Source of the DNA: Caecitellus pseudoparvulus
Lineage: Eukaryota > Protista > Bigyra: Bicosoecida
DNA length: 64,000 nucleotides
Assembly: GCA_965644315.1 (NCBI GenBank)
Contig: CBFFRQ010000013.1
Coordinates: 919,775 to 983,774 of the forward strand
Direction of reading: 5' to 3'
Shown: positions 33,928 to 45,200 of the stretch, piece by piece
Numbering within the stretch: position 1 is the first letter of the stretch
How the letters are laid out: each line of letters opens with the position of its first letter
The notes under the pieces: generated by a model
What the model was told of the DNA's origin: nothing
Databases searched by the model: none
What the model saw: only the letters and a program-made list of their open reading frames with translations
Made by a program: the position numbers and the translations under genes

Positions 33928-36621
33928 CTAGCTCGGGCTCTTGTTGAACGCCGCGCGCAGGTCTGAAACACTGCGGCGAATGCCCAGGGGCTGCACAGTG
34001 GCAGAAGGTGGCGCTGGAGTGGGCTGCAGGCTGGGAGAGGTGCGGGGTGTCAGCTTGGAGGGAGTACTTGCGGCAGGTGATGCGTTGGAGTCACATCGCA
34101 TCAAGTGCTCCACAGTCTCTCTCAGGTCGGATTCAGATATGACGCCATCGGGCACTTCCAGCACGGGCTTGGCCATGCTGTGCTTCCAATTGTCAAACAG
34201 CTCCAGGCGGCGACGAGTGGCTTCCACCGAAGGTGCCGCTCGCTTGCGGTGCACAGCCGTCCAATAGTGCTGCTGCGCCGACACCACACCTGGGTCCTGG
34301 GCGGGCACAGCGTGCCACAGAATGAGGCAGAGCAGCAGGACGATGTGCTCCAGAGCCCACACAAACTGGGTGACGGACAGCGCGTCGTTGTCCTGCTGCA
34401 GGCACAGTGCGGTAAGGACAGGCCGCACAAGGTTGGCCAAGTCCCCAGTCGTTGCCAGCAGCAGGACGTTGGAGGACACGGCCAGCCAGGCCTGCGCAAT
34501 GAGGATGCCCTCCCACACACCTAGCCCCTCACATGCCTGAGGCAGTGGCCGCTGCAGCACCTGTGTGTACCTGTACACGTCAGCCAACAGCTCCAGGACG
34601 GTGGCCAGCAGTGCGAGGGGGAAGCTGAGGGAAGACACGCCGACGGCGAACATGGCGACATAGCCGAACTGCAAGATGAGCGTCAAGCAGTCCTCGAACG
34701 TACCCTCGTATATGTCCAGCGTGTGCTCTGCGGCGCCAGGGCGCGCGCCTCGCCGCCAAGCCAGCGCTGCCGGCACCACGGCATCCGTCACCAGCCTCCA
34801 CGCGGCATCGGCACTCAGCATGATCAGCACGTTGTGCTGCAGCAGGCTGCTGTCCTGCACAATGAACGCGAGCATGAAAAGCTTGAAGTACACATCCGTG
34901 GCTTCCAGGAAGAAGCGCTTGCCTGCGAGGGACACTCGGGCGGCTTGTGCCGTGTCGTCTTCCCAGCCAGTCAAGAGCCGCGCCAGGGGACGCAGGAGGA
35001 GGGAGTTGATGGCCAGCACAAAGACTGCCCGCACGACTTCCAGCACGATTTCGTAAAAGGGGATGGAGAGGGCTGCTTTGCTCGTCTGCGCCACCCACGC
35101 ATCCAGGTGGGCAGGGCTGATGTCATCGTCCAGCGCGCGCAGGGGTGCGGCCGCGACAGAAAGCATGCGGGTTGCCCAGCCTTGACGACAGGCGTTGCCA
35201 GGCGCCAGTTCATGCTCCGGGACGAGGCCCACAGTTGCGAGGACGGAGGCCAACAAGGATGGCGCGGCCTCCTGCGTCTGAACAGCGTGACTCTCAGGTG
35301 TCAGTTCCCCAGCTGCAAACATGAACGCTGCGAGCAGCGACAGAACCGCGACCGCCACACAGGCTGTGATGCAGGACGTGACTGCGTACCGAATGCAGTT
35401 GCGGGGCAAGCCGAAGCACATCCAAAGCCTGGAGTGCTGCCTGGAGAGCAGCACCTCTGTGCCCACTTCCTCGGCTTGCACGTCACGCCCGTCCCCAGCT
35501 TGCTTGTCCAGCTCTGTGCCCACTGCGCTGGTGCCAGCAGCCCACTTGAAAGACAGATGGCTTGACAGCTGCTGCCACGAACGGATCACCAGCAAGCCCC
35601 AGGCAGGCACAGCTAGGGCGAGGAAGGCCGTGTCCCACCCCGGCGCACTCCAATCTAGCGCGTGAGCGACGTGTCCAGCCAGGGACACGGCCGCCGGCAG
35701 CAGCAGCCACTGACACATAAGTGCAGCCCACGCAAGATAGAATCCCAGCGCATCTCCGAAGTAACCCCGTGCAGTATTCAGGAAGGGCAGGCAGCCTCGG
35801 CGGGGCGTCTCCCACAAGCGCCGCATCAGCCGCCGGCTCATGTGGGGCGTGTGCTTCGCCGAGAGTGTGACTGCAGTGACTCCCGGGAGAAATCGCAGCG
35901 CGTTGAGCAAGTTTGATCCTTCCTTATCCTGCAAGTGGCGCTGGATGAGGCTAGCCAGCTCGCCAGCTGGTGGCTCCTCGTTCTTGTCTGGTGGAGATGG
36001 ACGGGCGGCATTGGCTGGTGGCGCGGGGGCACACACGACCACCCTCTGCAGGCGGCTGACGTGGCAGGCGAGGACCTGGGCCGGCGTGAATGCCCGTGCA
36101 AGGAGCGCATGCATCGTGCGCTGTACAGGAGTCGCCGTTGCGTAAGCTGCATGCCCGGGGGTCGCAGACGTCACGCCATCTTGGGCTGCCAGCAGCACAC
36201 CCCGGATGCCTGCCCTGCTGATGGCCAGGGGCCGAGGAGCACTCACGTTGGCCTTGCCGGCCTCTCGATCGGACCTGGCGGTGGCCACTGCAGTGTGCAG
36301 CTTCAGCCCCATGTGCTGTGCCTCCTGCAACACAGCCTCACCATGCCCGGCATCGGAGACGCCCAGCGCCAGCACACCCACGCCTGCATGCAGCAGGCGA
36401 GCCTGCAAGCTTGACTCATGAAAGGCTCCCGCCGAGTCTAGGAGCCATGCTTGCAAGGCCTCGGCGTCGTGCTTTGCGAGGGTGTGTGTGAGCAGCAGGA
36501 CCGCCTCATTCTCCACGATCACGCGACGAGCAGCAGCCGCAGCAGGCAAGATGCGTGGGCGCCGCACAGGGCCCACTTCCACCCCATCATGATAAGAATC
36601 GGAAGGGACTCGCTGCGGCAT
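33928..36621 (-). CDS. Anoctamin/TMEM16-family channel/scramblase (ANO10-like)
   Basis: RGYFGDALGFYLAW, LA..LT.WE, K.F..E....Y..LF.LAF, YEGTFEDCL.LILQFGYV.MF, RP.P.....LGVW..I and EH; multiple TM segments. Confidence 0.9.
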   Translation of the reverse strand: MPQRVPSDSYHDGVEVGPVRRPRILPAAAAARRVIVENEAVLLLTHTLAKHDAEALQAWLLDSAGAFHESSLQARLLHAGVGVLALGVSDAGHGEAVLQEAQHMGLKLHTAVATARSDREAGKANVSAPRPLAISRAGIRGVLLAAQDGVTSATPGHAAYATATPVQRTMHALLARAFTPAQVLACHVSRLQRVVVCAPAPPANAARPSPPDKNEEPPAGELASLIQRHLQDKEGSNLLNALRFLPGVTAVTLSAKHTPHMSRRLMRRLWETPRRGCLPFLNTARGYFGDALGFYLAWAALMCQWLLLPAAVSLAGHVAHALDWSAPGWDTAFLALAVPAWGLLVIRSWQQLSSHLSFKWAAGTSAVGTELDKQAGDGRDVQAEEVGTEVLLSRQHSRLWMCFGLPRNCIRYAVTSCITACVAVAVLSLLAAFMFAAGELTPESHAVQTQEAAPSLLASVLATVGLVPEHELAPGNACRQGWATRMLSVAAAPLRALDDDISPAHLDAWVAQTSKAALSIPFYEIVLEVVRAVFVLAINSLLLRPLARLLTGWEDDTAQAARVSLAGKRFFLEATDVYFKLFMLAFIVQDSSLLQHNVLIMLSADAAWRLVTDAVVPAALAWRRGARPGAAEHTLDIYEGTFEDCLTLILQFGYVAMFAVGVSSLSFPLALLATVLELLADVYRYTQVLQRPLPQACEGLGVWEGILIAQAWLAVSSNVLLLATTGDLANLVRPVLTALCLQQDNDALSVTQFVWALEHIVLLLCLILWHAVPAQDPGVVSAQQHYWTAVHRKRAAPSVEATRRRLELFDNWKHSMAKPVLEVPDGVISESDLRETVEHLMRCDSNASPAASTPSKLTPRTSPSLQPTPAPPSATVQPLGIRRSVSDLRAAFNKSPS

Positions 36622-37040
36622 GGTGGGCTGAGCCGTGCCGCCGCATGAAGCTGTGGTAGTATGTGGCCTGGTCGCCTCGCTCAGCGCCAGTTGGCGACCC
36701 CAGCGCTGGACAGAATGAAGAATTCAATGGGGCCCCTCGATGGATTCACATGAAAAGAGTAGTGATGGGACCATGCCGCTGTGGTGATTCTCGCCGCGGG
36801 GAATTGAATGGGGACGCTTGTCGTGGGAAGCTAATCGTTTCACCTGCGTTTCACTCAACCTTTACGAAATGCCTTCCGCACGCAGCTGCGGCCCGGGAGT
36901 CAAATTCATTGCTATCAAAGAGCGCCAGCCTCCGACCGAATCCTTAAATTGTCCTATTGGGACCCCGAACTTCCTTGCTTCTCTCGAGAAGCACGTGATT
37001 TTCTGCCTCGTTCGCTGTGCTGATTCGCACCCGACTCAAC

Positions 37041-38711
37041 ATGGCAAGTGCACCTACTTGCACGTGGTGCTACTTGTACACGCCAGAACGGTACAAAGCG
37101 CGGTCTCCAGACTCCATCGCAAGGACGTCTTGGTGCTGGCTGATGTGTGGCGTGCTCCCCCTCCACATTCTTGTGCTGTGCTGGCTGCCGATGTGGCACC
37201 GCGTGCAGTGGGGCGCAGAGTTCCTTGTGGAGCGAGCGCAGCCCGCCATGCACCTGGCCGACGAGCTGTCTGCAGACCTTGCTGCTTCGTGGCCCCCTGA
37301 CTTGGAAGTGCGTGTCACAGCTGGGCATGGTGTGGCGCTGCACGATGTAGCATCCGACACGCCTGTCGCTGAATTGACGCTGCCGCTGCCTTCTCTGCAA
37401 AACACGACCTGCGCGTCAAGGGCGTGGGTTAAGTTCGTGGGCAGCACGCCAGAGTTGCCCGCGCCCCTCGTCCCAAACCCTGCCTTATCTGATGCGCTGG
37501 GGGCCACGGAGGGGCCTTTGGACGCCACGCTGGCGGCAGACTTGCTGCTGTGGCACAATGTCCAAGAAAAGGGCATAGCGAGCAACGGCGAGGTTGCGAG
37601 TGGCGACGAAGACGGCTGGTTGGAGCAAGCTGCGCCATACACCATGACGCTGCAAGCGGAATCGTCACGCGAGGTGCCCACCGCGTTTGTCGTGGGCGGG
37701 CTGATCATCCTACTTCCAAGGCCAGGCCACGTGGCGCCGCCGCTGGAGCACCCCCTGTGCGCTGGGAGCCCCGGCGCAGTTGCGACACACACTGTGCAGT
37801 ACTTTGCATGGCCCCTGACGCCACACCCAGCCTTCCTTTTGGAGCACGCGATGACGGGTTGGACCAAGCCGTCTGATGGAGTGGAAGGCGACCTTGACGC
37901 CACTGTGGCTTCTGACGCCGCGGTGATGCGGACAGGACACTGGAAAGTCGCCCCGGACTTAGATAGAGACTACATCACGAGCGTCATGCAGAATCGCGAG
38001 TGGTCCCGACCTCACTTGGTGGCTGCAATGGCGCCATTCATGTCCGCAGTCCCCATCATGACTGGTGCGATGTTGCCAGTTGACCGTGCACACGACAATC
38101 TCCGGAAGACCCTGATCGGGAATGTGGCACATGCACCATCTGAAAAAACAGCCAAGTCAAGGCGCCGTGGACGTGGCTTCCTCCCGATTCCACCTGCTCT
38201 CGTGCCTCTGGCACACTCGCACCCGAACGCCAGCCTCGTTCTGTACAAAGGCACGAAGGAGTCACTGGTGGGCGCCTTGCAAGGAGTGGCCCCCGCTTTG
38301 GAACAGCTGGCTGAATGGGTGTTTCTAGTAGGCCTTGCAGTGTTCCAGGTGGTGGGTGCTGCAGTTTTCTCCTGGCAAGTCATGCTGCCGCTGCTGCTGC
38401 GGACACTGGCAGGCATGCTGTGTCTGTGGCTTGTCGCCGAGGTTGGCGCAAGCTGCTGCGGCGACACGCCGAAACTCGACTTGAGCTTGTCGCAAGCGCT
38501 GAAGCTGGGCGTCTGTGGTGCCATGGCTTCCAGCACGCTCGCGTTGTTGGCGCAGACGCTACTGAGCCTGTCAGAGGGTCGCACTTGGTTGGTCGCCACT
38601 TCTGCCGCCACAGTCATTGTGACCTCCACCCTATGGTTGAATGCCGCTCCTCGGCAGCGCAGGCGGATCGTGGATGGCGTTGCGCTCCCTCCAGAGCCTG
38701 TTGACGAGTAA
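37041..38711 (+). CDS. Hypothetical multi-pass membrane protein
   Basis: One N-terminal TM, a large soluble region and about four C-terminal TM segments. Confidence 0.6.
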   Translation: MASAPTCTWCYLYTPERYKARSPDSIARTSWCWLMCGVLPLHILVLCWLPMWHRVQWGAEFLVERAQPAMHLADELSADLAASWPPDLEVRVTAGHGVALHDVASDTPVAELTLPLPSLQNTTCASRAWVKFVGSTPELPAPLVPNPALSDALGATEGPLDATLAADLLLWHNVQEKGIASNGEVASGDEDGWLEQAAPYTMTLQAESSREVPTAFVVGGLIILLPRPGHVAPPLEHPLCAGSPGAVATHTVQYFAWPLTPHPAFLLEHAMTGWTKPSDGVEGDLDATVASDAAVMRTGHWKVAPDLDRDYITSVMQNREWSRPHLVAAMAPFMSAVPIMTGAMLPVDRAHDNLRKTLIGNVAHAPSEKTAKSRRRGRGFLPIPPALVPLAHSHPNASLVLYKGTKESLVGALQGVAPALEQLAEWVFLVGLAVFQVVGAAVFSWQVMLPLLLRTLAGMLCLWLVAEVGASCCGDTPKLDLSLSQALKLGVCGAMASSTLALLAQTLLSLSEGRTWLVATSAATVIVTSTLWLNAAPRQRRRIVDGVALPPEPVDE

Positions 38712-39209
38712 GTTTGGTGTCGAAGGTCTGGTCTGGTGGGAAGCGGGCGTGTGTCTGAAGCAGGTGCTTGCTGGGGTTGAGCGTTGAGTGGATGGAAATA
38801 CAAGATTTGATGTTGATGGTGTGTAGTTTGAGACTTGTGATATGGCGACGGTTTGTCCCTGTGAGTGGCGGGCAGTGGTGCGAAGGTGGCCAGAGGACGT
38901 TGGTGGTAGATTCGCCGTGACCTCCAGACGCAGTGACGGCCACACAGGCAACTGGGCAAAAAAAAAAGCCCCCCAGAAGAAGATTGAGAATTACAGAGAT
39001 CTAGTAGTGTATTCTTTCAAGTGTTGGCACCATGGGTGCCTCCATGTCAGCCCAGGAGGGGTCAGCGAGGCAAGACGAGGCTGGCTCCAACGCCAGCTCG
39101 GCCAATGCGAGCCCTAGGATTCGGAGAGACTTGGTGGCCGACTGCTGCATGTGGGATGGCGAAGCTACTGAACGACTCGTGCTGAGGCTGGAGGCTGAGC
39201 GCATGCGCC

Positions 39210-42200
39210 TTGGTCACGGTGGGGGTGAGTGTGGCGGGGCAACCTGGCCAGGGTGAGCATGGTCGCGTGCAACGGCCGTCGCAAGTTTCTTCGCTGCGCC
39301 TCGCAGGCACATCATCTGAGGGCACCGCGCCAGCCACTCTACATGTCTCTCGCCTGCGTTTTCTAGAGCTATTTTCCCTGGTTGGAACGGCCTCCCCCGC
39401 CCCTTTGCTGGGCCCTGCTCGAGCGCTGGCTGGCGCAGACAGCGAGCCAGCTCGGCGGCGCAGTCGACGCAGCCTTCGAGCGTCACGGGGGAGTTTCTCC
39501 AGCTCCAAGCGCCGATCATCCACGACGAGCTCATCTAGCACCATCGTTTCACGACAGCATTCTGGTGCAGAGTCCCAGGCTGAAGCGACTGCTGGGCGGC
39601 CTGCCATCGGCCCCATGACGCACGAAGCAGCTGCGCGGATGGAGGCACAGGCCGACGAAGCAGCCCTGCGATCCTTTACGGGCGGAGTCGTGCGAGGGTC
39701 AGGGGCCACTGACATTCTTCTGGGCGATAGGCTGCTTTCGCTGGGCGTTCCAGGACTGCATGTTGGAAGCGAGGCGGCCCTGGACGCAGTCATGCAGGAC
39801 GGGGACTCCACAGTTCGCAGTACGGCTGACGTGCACATACCACAGGCACTGGAAGCTGCCTTGCTTCCCCACAGTAAGGAGTCGTTCGTGACTCTTCCGA
39901 AGCGCATGTTCAGTGCGTTTGCAGGCGTGGCAAGCGCGGGGGTCGAGCTGCATGGGGATGTTGCTGATGCGCGACTCGTGGCAGCTGCACTAGTCCTGGC
40001 GTGTGATGCGACAATCGAAGACAGGTGTGCACTGCTGTTTCGCCTTGTTGCGCCGGTGCACAGCCAATGGCTGGGTGCTGACCATGTGAAGGACATGTTG
40101 TGTCTCATCCTGGGGGCTGCGCGCGTGCTGGGTCTCTCGTCGCACTCGCCGGACAACGAGCGTGGAGGGGCTCTTGCATCGACTGTCGAAAGCGCCTTTC
40201 GGACTTCGGGGAAGGTTTTCGTCCCCTCTGTGCAGCCAGGCGGGGCCGGTAGCGAGGAGGCCGCAGTGGACACTGCAAGCAGCGGCCGCGATATGTCGGC
40301 TGGGCGCCATGCTGCGCTGAAAGCCAAAGGCAGGTACTTGCTCAAGCGTGTTGCACAGCTGGACGGTGAGACGCTGGGCGCTGACGCCAGCACCATCCCA
40401 GGGAGTTCCCGGAGCGGCGAGCCTGTGACAGGTGAGGAGACCACCATATCCAACGCATTTGTTTCCACGGCCTTGCAGGAGAAGCAGATTGGAACGGTCC
40501 TGGCATCCCAACATGCCGCACCAGCACCCCCCAAAGGCTACATTGCTGTGCCGTACCTTGGCGTCCGACCTCGATCGTCGCCGATGGCACCTCCGGGTGC
40601 CTCGCTTTCCGCAATGCTGTGGGGAAGCGGCGAGCACGCTCAAAAGCCGCACCTCTCTGTACAAGGCCTTATTCAGTGGTGCCATACATCCAGGCCGGTG
40701 CGAACTTTCTTGCGATCGGTAGAGTCAGTTCGCTCTGGTGTTCTGCTGGGACACGGAGTGTACGGCAGTCCGCTGGTCCGAGACGCCGTGCGCCACGTCT
40801 TGGCAGTGAAGGACACCGTATCAGAGCCTATCACTGCCATCCGGGCTGCGCTCCTGACAAGTGCTGCAGAACGCGCACCCAGCGCTGGAGCCTTGCCAGG
40901 GGTTGTGCGTGCAAGGTCGCCAGATGCTGAGTTGCAAAGCTTGCCCAGAGGTACGCCCATAACGGCTGCTTCCAGCCCAGGTCGCCATGAAGACAGCGTC
41001 CGCGCAGATCTCTCACCGGGGGGACTTGTGGAAGGTGCTCAGGTTATTGCAGCTGCGGAGAGTACGTCGGCAGCACCGCTCGAGCCAGCTCTTTTGAGCA
41101 ACGGATCCTTGACTGAGCTGGACAGGAAGCAGCGCTACATGCCCCCCCTCACTCTTGACCGCCTCGTGGACATTGCGACTGAGAACGATCTTCACGTGTT
41201 CTCGACTCATGGGGTCATGCAGCTGAGCATGTCGCAACTTTACGCCCTGCGCTTCTTGTTTGCACTCGTAGCTGGGAGCAGTGGTGTGCGCCTCAAATCC
41301 GAGCGGCGGCCAGTCCTCTCACAAGAACGCTCTGCACTGCTCCTCAGCGAGCAGCGCAGTGCTCTGCAACGCAAGACAGAGCACGAAGCAAAGGACCCAG
41401 GCCCTCACAAGGTGCAGCCGGAGAGGCTGGAGTTTGTGACGGTTTGGTACCGCAATGTGCTGACCAAGGAGGAGTTCGTCGTGTTCATGCGGGAGCACCT
41501 GGCGTCTAAGTGCAGCGAAGCAATGCTCGGCCGCCTATTTGACGTGATGAACCTCAACGCAGACGGCATGCTTGGGTTTGATGAGCTGGTATGCGGCTTG
41601 GGCTGCCTGCAGTGCGCGGGGCTTCGAGACCGCCTGCAGCTGTGGTTCTCCATTTTGGAATGCCCCCCACCCGAAGGCAAGTGCCAAGGGCCAACAGCGT
41701 CTCCATACTCTGCCGCATCTATTAACCAAGATGCGGACCGGGGCTCCTCAGCCACGCCCGGCAGCGGCAGCTGCGGCGACCAGGCAAGTCTTGCAGCCTC
41801 AGGCTTGCTTCGCGGCACGAGCACCTTGGAGAGCACTGGAACATCGAAACTTGAACAATGCTTCGTTCAAGTTTCTGAGGTGTTGCAGCTGATTCGCGAT
41901 GCGGACTCTGTCAGCGAGTGGCCACACCTTCAGACACTTCGAATCATTCGACAGCAGCACCTGGCCACCTGGCGCGAGCGCGTCCTGCACCGCTTTCAGT
42001 TCCAGCAACTGCCTAGCCTGCTCGCAGACACCTTGGAAGTCACGGACACACTGTCCGTCTTTACTCGAAGGAAAGGCACTTCGGAAGTCGGTTCGCCCGA
42101 GCCTGAGCCGGCGACTTCGCTGGGCGCTGACGCTGCAATAGCCGACCCGGCTGCACTGCGTGGTACAGGATTGTGGGACGACGCCAGTTTTCCACACCAT

Positions 42201-45200
42201 ACACCTGCAGGGCTGGGTCAGCCTGCTTTAGGGGCGTCATACCCAGGGGGTGGTTCGGTGAACGTGGATGGCGAACCAGACGAAGTGCTTCGCGAGACAC
42301 TCCACGTGACGTGGGAGGACTTCGCTGCCGAACTGTGTGCTGGCGTATCTGGAGGGGGAGGCACTACTATCACCCAGCTGGAGTTGGCGACGTGCATTGT
42401 GCGCGAGCCTGGGTTATTGGATGTGCTGACTCGGAGCTTGCTGTGGGGGTTGTTCTATCCCCCAGACCATACCTGCGCGACTCCCGCAACCAGCACTCAT
42501 GAAAGCGGCGGAGCCGCAGCGCAAGCAGCTATGTTGAAGGACCTGATCGCGCGGAGGTTTGCCCTTACATCTGAAGATGCTGACGAGCGTGCCGAAGTTG
42601 CCGCCATGGCACGTGGCGCGCTGGCTGCGGCAGGCGCCCCTAGACCAATCAGTTTTCCGTTCACGAACGCCCTATTTGCTCGCCGAGCAGGCGCTGCAGC
42701 AGCACGAACTATCAAAAAACGAGAAAAAATATCCGTGAGCTTGTTTTCCACCTTGCAGCCCAAGCCGCTGCTGCAGTACTGGAGGGAGGTGGGAGCAGCC
42801 CAGCAGCAGCGGGAGCCGGACGCGGCCCAGTCTCTCGCCGCCGAGCAGCAAGAAGCTGGTGCGAAAGAGGCAAGTGGGGAGGACCGAGTTGAGCAGACTG
42901 CTTCGACTGTCATTGGTGTGCCATTGTTTCACGTGCCTGCGTTGACGGTCGCATGCGTGCATGCTGCCACGCAAGTGAGCAGGGCGGAATGGCTGGCCCG
43001 CCCAGTAGCCAAGGTACAGGTCCCCACAAGCCCCAGTAAGCGGCTCAAGTTTGCCCCGATGTCCATGCAGAGGGATGTGCACGTGGCAGGGCTGGATGCT
43101 GCGGATCCTTCAGCAAAGACGGGAGAGGCCCATGTTGACGACCGTGCTCCTCCCCTTGCGCAAGCCAGTGTCCGAGTGTATGCCGGATCAGCCGCCTCAA
43201 CGCCCTTGGTGGCGTTCCCAAAGAATTGGGCTGGAATGGAGACCATGGTTCGGTCCCTCCCTCAAGAAGGCCCGGTGCCTGGGGTGTCAAAAGGCATGTT
43301 CCAGCGACTCCTTGCCACGCGCTTCGATGGGGCTAGGGGTGACGCCTTGCTTCTCGCGCCCCTTTGGCGCGCATACGCCCACGATTTGGCTCTGCCAGGG
43401 TCATCCAGCCTTGACATGATGGCTCTGCTTGCTAACTTGAACATGGTCTTGCACTCGGTTGCCCCCCTGGACGCTGTGGCCACTTTAGTTTTCCACCTTC
43501 TGGAGCACCGAGGCAGCGGCAAAGTTTGGCGCCAGGACTTGCTTCGCATCGCAGCACAGGTGTTTGTGTGTTGTGTGCCGTCCACTGAACGGGATGCGGC
43601 ACAATTACTGGCTCAGCAGCAGCTGGAAGCGCGGCGCCGCACTGGGCGTCCTCGAAGTTCCAGCGCCGTCTCCCGCAGTCGCCAGAGAGGACGGCGATCG
43701 TCCTTGCTCTCTGCAATTAAAAATCGAGGTGAAGTCGTTGGGGACGGAGAGTCCACCACACAGCGAACTGCGGACTTTGCACTGGACCCAGAAGACAGGC
43801 GGGGTGAGTTGCTGCGCAGAGTCATGGCCAGCTTCCCCTCTTTTGCTGAGGAGCTTGTCGTCCTCTTGCACCACCCAAGACTGTGGTCTCCATCGTGGCG
43901 CAATGAGTACAAAGCTGCGCAGGAAAAGGCGGAACAGGCTGCCAGGAGGTGCTACTTGAAGTACCTCTCGCCAGCCAAGCTGGGGCCAGGCGACGAAGCT
44001 CCGGCCAGTTCGCCAGCAAGAGGCAGGGCAGAAGGCCACACTGGTCTTGGTGGCAGGAGGGCGACATCAGGGCGGAGCAGCTTTTCTGTGGGACGCCGAC
44101 TTGTGCGGTCTAGACGCAGGGCACACGCGCTTGCGAAACGTGAAAGGGTAGCCCGCGTCGGGCTGGCCAGAGAGCCAAAGCCCAGGAGCACCGAAGACCC
44201 CACAGCACATGTAAGTGGAGAGCGGCAAGCAAACAGCGTTTCAGAGCGAGAGAGAAAAGAAGGCACGCAGTCCGAGACGGAGCAGACCTCTTCTCGCTTC
44301 TCTGACACGCTGAGTGGCGCAGCACTACATGCTTGGGGTGGGGCGCCACAGCGACTGCGCTCTCAAGAAGTCCACGAGGCCCAGGCCAGGTTGAAGAAGT
44401 CCCGCATCCAGAAGCAGTATGCTTTAACCTTTGCGACGCCGAAGCAAGTCAACACAGAGGAAGCCCGCGCGGCGAGTGCCGTGCTGGAGCAGGCTCAGGC
44501 TGACGGTCGGCACGGGTTGGAGGCGAGTCCACCACAGCAGCGTGGGAGTCACACTGGACCACAGGGCGCTGCAACAGTTCGCATTGCTCGACGTGCCCCG
44601 CCTGGAAGCTTCACGAAGCGTCAGTTCCTTGCCCTGTGCCGCTTCAATCCTGCGATCCCGCTGCTGCTGGCTGTGATGCTCGGGGTCCAGCCGTGCCAAA
44701 GTGCAGTGGAAGCCGAGCCAAGAACACCAGCTTGGCAAAAGGCACAAACTCGCATGATAAGCTTCGAGGCCTTGTCCAAACCAAGCAAGTCGAAATCTGG
44801 TCAGCGATCTGAGTTTGATGAGGACGAGCCCGGGATCCGCCCGGCTGCTCGGGAGAGCACAAGCTCTCGGCAGCCACTGCGCTCGGCTCTTAGTCCCCAT
44901 CAAAGGCGAGTGAAGCGTCCTGCTTACTCGCCGCAAGAAGCCGAGCTGATTAAGGATGCCACATCACACGCAGAGCAAGAGGCCAGGAAGCTGCTCTCGC
45001 AAGACCTCCTTTCTGCAGAGCAGCAGAATTTCAAAGATACTGGTCGAAGTGAGGGGGTCCAGAGCAACGGAAGCCAAGTGGCAGGTGACGACCCGGACCT
45101 TCCTGATTGGATCAAGCGCATGCAAGCGCATGCAGAAGCAGCTATGCTGGCGAACGACCCCAAGGTGGCATTCCTCATGCAACTCCAGAGGCGATTCCGC